Source of the DNA: Lactococcus garvieae
Lineage (GTDB): Bacteria > Bacillota > Bacilli > Lactobacillales > Streptococcaceae
Assembly: GCF_016027715.1 (NCBI RefSeq)
Contig: NZ_CP065691.1
Location: 753,954-777,953, forward strand
Direction of reading: 5' to 3'
Length of the DNA stretch: 24,000 nucleotides
Made by a program: the position numbers and the translations under genes. This document shows, piece by piece, positions 18,138-24,000 of the stretch. The notes under the pieces were generated by a model. The model was not told the origin of the DNA and searched no databases. It saw only the letters and a program-made list of their open reading frames with translations. Each line of letters starts with the position of its first letter. The first letter of the stretch is position 1.

Positions 18138-18146
18138 ATTATATCA
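18138..18146 (-). promoter_or_regulatory. Extended -10 promoter element (TGATATAAT) directly abutting the dnaD start codon
   Basis: Minus strand reads TGATATAAT-aatata-ATG. The -10 hexamer ends 6 nt before the ATG at 18131 and no SD sequence intervenes. Confidence 0.35.
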
Positions 18147-18178
18147 TATTCACTCGGACAAGATTTAGTGCCTTAATT

Positions 18179-18211
18179 AAAAAATACTAATTTCAATAAT
18201 TAGTATTTTTC
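18179..18211 (-). terminator. AT-rich hairpin, candidate bidirectional terminator downstream of the island gene
   Basis: AAAAATACTAATT (18180-18192) pairs perfectly with AATTAGTATTTTT (18198-18210) around a 5-nt loop. The stem is almost all A/T, so stability is modest. Confidence 0.4.
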
Positions 18212-18331
18212 TTTATTTTTTATAGTCTGTTCCCTAGAACATCTTTTTCTGCCTTAAGTCCTTTGGGCAATTTTACCTGTGCTGGGCGCGGGTGTTGCTT
18301 CGCTCCTGACCCCAGCGCTTATGCGCTAAGA

Positions 18332-19960
18332 TTAAGGATTACGGATGATGAGGGCTGGACGGACACCCCCACTAGCAAAGCTAGTAGGCACAACAAAATT
18401 GCCACCCAAGCGGCCATTGGTATGCACACACCAAGCAAAACCTGAAGCACCAGGGGTACGAAGCCACCACCAGCCTAGAGCAGCGGAACCACGCTGTGCA
18501 TGGTAAGGAAAAGCTAAATCTTCCCCGGATAAGCGGGTCACGTCCGCAAGAGAAAGGGCAAAGGCGCGTGCGGTTCCGCTTGGATCAACTTGCGTGATAT
18601 CATTCGCTACTGTGCCTATTAAGTTTGTAGGAAGCCATCTGTTACCACCTGTAAAACTCACTGCAGCATCCGCAACTTCCCCTGTCGTAAAGCTATTGGC
18701 GACAGGCTGAACTATGGCTTGGACGGCACTGCCAAGAGTGCTATACCAAGTGGCAAGTTCTGCTTCTTGGTCGTTCCAAGACACATTACGGATGGCATTG
18801 TTACGGATAATCATGTGATTGCCATCGCCCATATTTTCAAGGTAACGGTATTGTTCCCCTGACATAGTAAAGATTCGACCCGGATACATCGCTCCAAAGT
18901 TAAAGTCTGATGGTGGAGAATCCACATCGGCATCAGGGTTTGTTCCTTGGTCCCCATCATCCATGGCATTGTTACGAATACCTGTGAGGAAGTCCGCTAA
19001 GCGGTCATGCCCATCAGGCAGGAAGTCGTCACTGTTGTCAGGACTGACCAGTCCACTCTCCACATGGATACCATAGTAGTAAGAGCCATTGAAAACCGTA
19101 TCTTCGATAGCCGCCGTCATCTCTGCCGCATCCAGCAGGTAAGAAGTTGCTTCGCCCGGTTCTAGGAGTGAGGCCCAGTAAGCCCAGCCTGTTTGGTGAT
19201 CTACCACCCAGAAGTCACCGATCTGTTGGTAAGGTTGGAGTTGCGCCCACTGCTCGATGGTCATTGGGGCACGTTGTTGGTGGAGGTTTTGTGCCGCATC
19301 ATTGGTGATGGCTTCGCCCGGCCAAGTTGGGGTACTGTTGTCAAAGCTGTCACCCTCCGACCAGTAATCGTCAGTCCCATCCCCGGGGTGCGTAGCGCCA
19401 TCGGTCGTGCCGTCTGTTGCTCCACCTCCTGCGATATAGTCCCGGGCATGACCTGCGGCTGCCGTCATCTGATCCATGTTGTCATGGTTGAAAGTTGGCA
19501 TGTACCACGGGGCATCTCGTCCTTCACGACTCCAGCCAAAAGTCAGGTGGGCATAGCGGTCAAAAGCATTGGACGGGTCGGTGTTCAGTCGGTCATTGAT
19601 ATTGGTGGCATTGGGCATCCATGTGGTCCAAGAGTCCAAGTTGGTACGCTCTGTGCCTGGCACAAGTTGTGTCCAGCTGTCTTGACCTGTTTGTCGGGTT
19701 TCTAAAAACTCCGACAAGCGGATACGAGCCATGATGGGACGTTCGCCGTAGTTTTCGACAAAGACATCTTTGTTTTCAGTGTCGCGGTTATAGTAGTCGT
19801 GCACACGGCCACCCACGTTAATCTCGATTTGGTTTTCTCGGTCATTGATGGCCCGCTGGTTAAAGGCGGTGAAGGCATAAGTGCCTCCGATGAGGAGCAA
19901 TAAGAGGGAGAGAAGGACGTAGTTGCGTAATCTCCGGTTCTTTTTCTTTTCTGGTGTCAT
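18332..19960 (-). CDS. Exported or membrane-anchored protein of unknown function with a DUF6273-like C-terminal domain
   Basis: ATG 19960 has SD GAAAGGG 7 nt upstream; the track start 20005 is a TTG with no SD. N-terminus is a basic n-region plus Leu-rich h-region (KKKNRRLRNYVLLSLLLLLIGGTYAFTAF). The C-terminus (...ARAFALSLADV...WWWLRTPG...GGVRPALIIRNP) matches my recollection of DUF6273. Confidence 0.7.
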   Translation of the reverse strand: MTPEKKKNRRLRNYVLLSLLLLLIGGTYAFTAFNQRAINDRENQIEINVGGRVHDYYNRDTENKDVFVENYGERPIMARIRLSEFLETRQTGQDSWTQLVPGTERTNLDSWTTWMPNATNINDRLNTDPSNAFDRYAHLTFGWSREGRDAPWYMPTFNHDNMDQMTAAAGHARDYIAGGGATDGTTDGATHPGDGTDDYWSEGDSFDNSTPTWPGEAITNDAAQNLHQQRAPMTIEQWAQLQPYQQIGDFWVVDHQTGWAYWASLLEPGEATSYLLDAAEMTAAIEDTVFNGSYYYGIHVESGLVSPDNSDDFLPDGHDRLADFLTGIRNNAMDDGDQGTNPDADVDSPPSDFNFGAMYPGRIFTMSGEQYRYLENMGDGNHMIIRNNAIRNVSWNDQEAELATWYSTLGSAVQAIVQPVANSFTTGEVADAAVSFTGGNRWLPTNLIGTVANDITQVDPSGTARAFALSLADVTRLSGEDLAFPYHAQRGSAALGWWWLRTPGASGFAWCVHTNGRLGGNFVVPTSFASGGVRPALIIRNP

Positions 19961-20032
19961 AGTGATACCCTTTCTTGTTTTATCTTTTTTATCTTTTGAC
20001 TTCAAACTTTCGTGTCCTTAGGGCGGGCCACG

Positions 20033-20059
20033 AAAAAAGCGCTCCAGAGATCCCGAGCG
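20033..20059 (-). terminator. Terminator-like hairpin inside the leader of the island gene (possible attenuator or sRNA 3' end)
   Basis: Minus strand reads CGCTC-GGGATCTCTG-GAGCG-C-TTTTTT. The 5-bp GC-rich stem and U6 tract lie about 75 nt upstream of ATG 19960 and about 80-105 nt downstream of the predicted promoter. Confidence 0.4.
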
Positions 20060-20093
20060 TTTGGGTGCAAGTAAAAGGCGGGTGTCTACCGCT

Positions 20094-20140
20094 TGTGCTG
20101 TGCTGTGCTGTGCTGTGCTGTGCTGTGCTGTGCTGTGCTG
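20094..20140. repeat. Pentanucleotide microsatellite (TGTGC)9 plus TG; reads (GCACA)n / CAGCA repeats on the minus strand
   Basis: Nine perfect tandem copies counted base by base from 20094 to 20138, followed by a partial TG. Confidence 0.95.
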
Positions 20141-20144
20141 GCCG

Positions 20145-20173
20145 ATTATAAGTCATCACTTTCACCCCGTCAA
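20145..20173 (-). promoter_or_regulatory. Near-consensus sigma-A promoter facing the pentanucleotide tract and island gene
   Basis: Minus strand has TTGACG (20173-20168), exactly 17 nt of spacer (20167-20151), then TATAAT (20150-20145). The predicted +1 falls at about 20136-20139, the first repeat units. Confidence 0.55.
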
Positions 20174-20356
20174 ATCATTTAAAATAAACTAAGAATCTCT
20201 CTCATAATATTTTAACATTTATTTCTTATAAGTTAAAATGATTTCAATAAAGTTACGAATAAGTCTCTTATGTACCCAGTTTGAAAAAACTTCCGTAAAG
20301 AGTAAAACACAGGCTGAAACAAAAAGCTCCCTTCTCCTTTTATATAAAATATGAAG

Positions 20357-20390
20357 AAAAAGAAAAAAGAGAGGCTAAGCCTCTCTTTTC
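20357..20390 (-). terminator. Rho-independent terminator of mleS-mleP
   Basis: AGAGAGGC (20368-20375) pairs with GCCTCTCT (20379-20386) around a 3-nt loop. On the minus strand it is followed by TTTTTTCTTTTTC. Confidence 0.75.
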
Positions 20391-20393
20391 GGT

Positions 20394-20425
<32 letters not shown>

Positions 20426-20458
20426 TATATTACTTGATTAACTGTACACTCTGTTATA

Positions 20459-21739
20459 TCAGTTATAGAAGAAACGTATAAGGATACCACCCATGATAAG
20501 TACGATAGCACCACAGAGTCGGTTTGCCATCTGAGCAAAAGCAATCATCTCCATACGATCAGAAGCTGAGAGCACAGCGATATTTCCTGTTCCACCCATA
20601 GAGTTGTTAATCATCCCAGTACCAATCGCTGTTTCGACGGGATACATGCCAAGAAAGAGTCCGAGGAACCAGCTCGCCAAGCCCATCGCCACTACACTGG
20701 TTAGGCAGAGTACGATGAATTGCCAGGTTAAGGCAGAGCCGAGTGTAGTCAGATCAATCAAAGCTAAACCTATACCAGCCAAGACAGCATGAGTAAGGTT
20801 CGTCATAATGATTTGGTTGAACATGACAACAGATTCTTCTAAAGCTTTAGGAACTGCATCAAAAGCTTTGAGTACAAAAACGATGATAATCATAAAGGCA
20901 TATTCATGAATATTCGGGAAGAACTTGTTCAAAATAACACCCACCATCAGCAGAGAGAAAGCATAAAGCATCCCAACACCGATTTTTGTTGCATCAAATT
21001 CAATTTTTGGTTTTGCGAGTTCTTCTTTTGTCGCTGAGACTAAAGTTCCGTGTCCGTTGTATTTTGATTTTGCAAAGATTTTAGAAATAGACAGTGCGCC
21101 GATAATCGCAATAATATTCCCAAAAGTTACGGCGGGAGCAAGTTGAGAGAAAATCGCGGTTTGATTGCCGTTAGCAAGGCCATCAGCATAGATTTGGGAA
21201 AGCGGAGTAATCCCTGCTCCCATACCACCTGACATCATCGGCATTGAAACATACATGACGGAGTCAGCAAAGCCCTTGCCCAGCAACATACCCATACCAC
21301 CAACAGCGAAGAAGCCCACGACCATTGTGACTAAAGCTACAGGGATAAATTTAGCAGATGCTTTAACGAGTAGACTTCTGTTCATACCCAAGATTGAACC
21401 ACAGATGAGTGCTGCAATATAGAAGTCAAGGAAGCCGAACTGTCCACCCATAAACTTCCCTACTGCAGTGATAACATCAGAGGGGATAACATGGAAGAAC
21501 GACAAGAGCGTTGCACCTATCAGTGTAAAGACAGAGCCACCACCCAGGTAAGAGTTCATGATTGGTAACTTCTCACCGATGAAGTAAAGAAGATGTCCCA
21601 ACAATACAAGCAAGAGGGTAATCCCAACCATGTTGAGCGGGAGTTTCCCAAGAGCTATGGTCGCTGCTAATACAATCATGAAAAAAGCATAGAGTGGAAG
21701 ACTTATTCCTGAAATTTTTATTTCTTTTAATTTTTTCAT
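20459..21739 (-). CDS. mleP: Malate permease, 2-hydroxycarboxylate transporter (2-HCT) family
   Basis: 426-aa polytopic membrane protein of 2-HCT size and pattern (MleP/CitP-like). It starts 17 nt downstream of the malolactic enzyme gene. Confidence 0.8.
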   Translation of the reverse strand: MKKLKEIKISGISLPLYAFFMIVLAATIALGKLPLNMVGITLLLVLLGHLLYFIGEKLPIMNSYLGGGSVFTLIGATLLSFFHVIPSDVITAVGKFMGGQFGFLDFYIAALICGSILGMNRSLLVKASAKFIPVALVTMVVGFFAVGGMGMLLGKGFADSVMYVSMPMMSGGMGAGITPLSQIYADGLANGNQTAIFSQLAPAVTFGNIIAIIGALSISKIFAKSKYNGHGTLVSATKEELAKPKIEFDATKIGVGMLYAFSLLMVGVILNKFFPNIHEYAFMIIIVFVLKAFDAVPKALEESVVMFNQIIMTNLTHAVLAGIGLALIDLTTLGSALTWQFIVLCLTSVVAMGLASWFLGLFLGMYPVETAIGTGMINNSMGGTGNIAVLSASDRMEMIAFAQMANRLCGAIVLIMGGILIRFFYN

Positions 21740-21756
21740 TTTAATCCATTAACCTC

Positions 21757-23379
21757 TTAGTATTTTGGATACCATTTCATATCGCGAACCGCTTTAGCCA
21801 TATCTTTTTCTTCTGTTTGAGCTAAACCTTGTTCTTGAGCTTTTTTGGCTACTGCTTCTGCCACTTTGATTGAAACGTCAGCCACATATTCAAACGGAGG
21901 AAGTACTGGAGCACCAGCTGCTCCTGGATCAACTAAACCGCTCAATGAGTGTGCCGCAGCACCAATCATTTCATCAGTAAGAAGAGAAGCTTCAGAAGCC
22001 AACATACCAAGACCCAAACCTGGGTAGATCAAAGCGTTATTGGCTTGACCGATTTGGTAGTCTACACCTTTGTAAGAGATTGTTCCTGATGGAATACCTG
22101 TTGCGACAAAAGCTTTACCGTCAGACCAAGTGATTACTTGCTCAGCAGTTGCCTCTAATTTTTTAGTTGGATTTGAGATAGGGAAGATAACTGGACGTTC
22201 TGTGTTTTCACACATCGCTTCAACAACTTCTTGGGTGAAAGCACCAGCGTCAGTGGAAGTCCCTACCAAGATAGTAGCTTTAACTGTTTTGATAACTTGA
22301 GCCAGATCAGTCATGTCCCCAGCGTTTGCAAAGTCAGCACGTTTTTTTGCAAATGGTTTTTGTGCGGGTGTCAGGTCTTCCATATCATCAAAGAGCAAAC
22401 CTTGTTTGTCCATCATGAAGAAATGATTATAAGCTTCTTCTTCAGAAAGGCCTTCACTGACCATTTCTGCGTGCACGCGAGCAGCGATACCTGCCCCAGC
22501 AGATCCACCACCGTAGCAAAGGTAAACTTGGTCTGTCAATTTTTCGCCTGTGATATCGAGGGAACCAAAGATACCACCTAAGACAACAATCCCTGTTCCT
22601 TGGATATCGTCATTGAAAGTTGGAATAACTTTCTTATATTTGTTCAAAATGTTGGCTGCGTTTGAACGTCCGAAGTCTTCCCAGTGCAAGTAAAGTTTAG
22701 GGAACATATCTTCAGCTGTTTCAACAAACTGATCAACAAAGTTATAATATTGATCGCCATAAACACGTTCGTGACGGTTTCCTAAGTACATCGAATCTTC
22801 GAGTAATTCTTTGCGGTTAGTACCTGCATCGATAACGATTGGGAGTACAGAGGCTGGGTCGATACCGGCAGCTGCAGTATAAATCATTAATTTACCAACA
22901 GAGATATCGACACCTTGTGTACCCCAGTCGCCGATACCAAGGATACCTTCAGCATCTGTCACAACGATAAGACGGATATTGCGATCGCCAGCTGCATTTT
23001 TCAATGTTTCTTGGATATTTTCGGGATGGTTAATATCAAGATAAGCTGCATATTGGGGATCTACAAAAAGTCGACTGTAGTTTTCGATAGTTTCAGCAAT
23101 AACTGGATCATAAACGATAGGGTTAAACTCTACGATATGTTGGTTGAACAAATAATAGAATAAAGTACGGTTTGTATTAAAGATTTCCATCAAGAAATGG
23201 CGTTTTTCCAAATCGGATGGTTTTTCCAAGTAATGTTGGTAGGCTTGTTCTGCCTGTTCTTCAATTGTTTGAATATAAGGGGGTAAAAGACCAATCAAGC
23301 CAAGCTCTTTACGTTCTTCCATAGTAAAGGCTGTTCCTTTATTTAAGAAAGGATTATTTAAAATTTCATGTGCACGCAT
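21757..23379 (-). CDS. mleS: Malolactic enzyme (NAD-dependent malic-enzyme family)
   Basis: Starts [19 protein letters not shown], the malic-enzyme N-terminal signature, with NAD-binding [10 protein letters not shown]. The track start 23394 is the TTG of TTGGAGGA, which is itself the SD for ATG 23379. Linkage with mleP and divergent mleR supports malolactic rather than malic enzyme. Confidence 0.85.
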   Translation of the reverse strand: MRAHEILNNPFLNKGTAFTMEERKELGLIGLLPPYIQTIEEQAEQAYQHYLEKPSDLEKRHFLMEIFNTNRTLFYYLFNQHIVEFNPIVYDPVIAETIENYSRLFVDPQYAAYLDINHPENIQETLKNAAGDRNIRLIVVTDAEGILGIGDWGTQGVDISVGKLMIYTAAAGIDPASVLPIVIDAGTNRKELLEDSMYLGNRHERVYGDQYYNFVDQFVETAEDMFPKLYLHWEDFGRSNAANILNKYKKVIPTFNDDIQGTGIVVLGGIFGSLDITGEKLTDQVYLCYGGGSAGAGIAARVHAEMVSEGLSEEEAYNHFFMMDKQGLLFDDMEDLTPAQKPFAKKRADFANAGDMTDLAQVIKTVKATILVGTSTDAGAFTQEVVEAMCENTERPVIFPISNPTKKLEATAEQVITWSDGKAFVATGIPSGTISYKGVDYQIGQANNALIYPGLGLGMLASEASLLTDEMIGAAAHSLSGLVDPGAAGAPVLPPFEYVADVSIKVAEAVAKKAQEQGLAQTEEKDMAKAVRDMKWYPKY

Positions 23380-23473
23380 TCGTACGTCCTCCAAATTTAT
23401 TATTAATATAAGAAATTCTTACAAGATTTATTTTAATACTTATAAAAAATTATAGTCAAACTCGTAGATTATG

Positions 23474-23488
23474 ATAAATATTATTTAT
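23474..23488. promoter_or_regulatory. Perfect 15-bp palindrome fitting the LysR T-N11-A box in the mleR/mleS divergent region
   Basis: ATAAATA-T-TATTTAT has all 7 symmetric pairs complementary. It lies 55 nt upstream of the mleR start and 95 nt upstream of the mleS start. Confidence 0.4.
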
Positions 23489-23542
23489 AACAAACCGCCT
23501 CACTTGTGATAAAATATAGAGGTTAAAGGAGCGATGAAACTA

Positions 23543-24000
23543 ATGAACTTGCATGATTTCGAGTATTTTAATGCCTTAGGCGATTTATTGTCTTTTACTG
23601 CTGTTTCTAATCATTTTGGAGTAAGCCAACCTACCATTACCTATGCCGTAAAGAGATTGGAACAATATTATAACTGTAATTTAATACACAAAGATCGTTC
23701 GCATCGAACCGTTGTTTTGACGGATGAAGGAAAAATCCTAAAAACCCATGTCGAAAGCATTTTAGAAGAGTTGTCTCTGACCGAGAAGGCTATTGAACAT
23801 TCTCGCAAAAAGCAAACCCATATTGGTTTTCCGCCGATTATCAGAGCAAAAATTCTCGCGGAACTGTTGAATGATAAAGAGGCGATGAGTTTTTTGTCTA
23901 ACTTTGACTTGGTGTCTGGAGGTTCCGAAAAACTTTTGACTAAGCTCATTTCTGGCAACATTGATTTTAGCCTTATCGGAAGCACTGTTCCTCTCATGCA
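23543..24000 (+). CDS. mleR: LysR family transcriptional regulator MleR (N-terminal part; continues beyond the window)
   Basis: Open to the right edge, so absent from the track. Hand translation gives MNLHDFEYFNALGDLLSFTAVSNHFGVSQPTITYAVKRLE..., a LysR wHTH. The in-frame ATG at 23534 is only 2 nt from the AGGAG SD, so 23543 is preferred. Confidence 0.8.
   Translation, partial: MNLHDFEYFNALGDLLSFTAVSNHFGVSQPTITYAVKRLEQYYNCNLIHKDRSHRTVVLTDEGKILKTHVESILEELSLTEKAIEHSRKKQTHIGFPPIIRAKILAELLNDKEAMSFLSNFDLVSGGSEKLLTKLISGNIDFSLIGSTVPLM

Larger units (their letters stand above)
18262..20145. other. GC-rich compositional island (putative horizontally acquired single-gene cassette)
   Basis: Hand counts of G+C: 39/60 in 19381-19440, against 25/60 in dnaD (17881-17940) and 10/60 in the adjacent spacer (20201-20260). 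Long stop-free antisense ORFs occur only here. Confidence 0.65.

Noticed and set aside
18314-18327. AGCGC-TTAT-GCGCT hairpin immediately after the island gene stop as its terminator
   Set aside because: On the transcribed strand it is followed by GGGGTCAGG rather than a U-tract. The AT-rich hairpin at 18179-18211 is a better, though still weak, terminator candidate.
18263-19705. Long ORFs in other frames or on the opposite strand of the island gene (track ORFs 19193..19705 +, 18263..18445 +, 19261..19449 -)
   Set aside because: High G+C depletes stop codons in all frames. These ORFs have no SD and low-complexity Arg/Pro/Gly/Cys-rich translations, and they lie entirely inside the better-supported 18332..19960 gene.
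20094-20140. The (CAG-CA)n RNA as a TRAP/HutP-like multimeric RNA-binding-protein array (triplets spaced by 2 nt)
   Set aside because: The periodicity is right for TRAP. However, CAG is the weakest TRAP triplet, streptococci are not known to encode mtrB, and no such protein gene is in the window. The idea is kept only as background for the leader hypothesis.
18262-20145. The island as an IS element, ICE, prophage remnant or integron cassette
   Set aside because: It has no transposase, integrase, recombinase or relaxase gene. It has no terminal inverted repeats and no tRNA or attC-like site. Only short same-strand motifs are shared between the flanks.
23668-23997. 109-aa minus-strand ORF at the right edge
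   Set aside because: It is antisense to the clear LysR-type mleR reading frame, whose wHTH motif is on the plus strand. It has no SD and no recognisable motifs.

Overview
Low-GC Firmicute chromosome, Streptococcus-like by gene content and order (a guess, not searched). Almost everything is on the minus strand. Left to right: a truncated AI-2E permease; a methyltransferase plus RumA/RlmD-type 23S rRNA methyltransferase pair; a seven-gene beta-glycoside/oligosaccharide operon (GH3, orphan PTS EIIC, ROK kinase, GH1 phospho-beta-glucosidase, alpha/beta hydrolase, DUF4091/GH123-like protein, acyltransferase-like protein); a membrane-anchored esterase and a divergent AraC regulator; the housekeeping block dnaD-nth-trmK-nif3; and the malolactic locus mleR / mleS-mleP. 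The outlier is about 18.26-20.15 kb, a GC-rich single-gene island between dnaD and mleP. It encodes an exported protein with a DUF6273-like C-terminus. Upstream lie a near-consensus promoter, a (TGTGC)9 pentanucleotide tract, a terminator-like leader hairpin and, about 250 bp further, an (ATT)10 microsatellite. No rRNA, tRNA, CRISPR, transposase or integrase genes were seen. All family assignments come from motif recognition by eye, not database searches.
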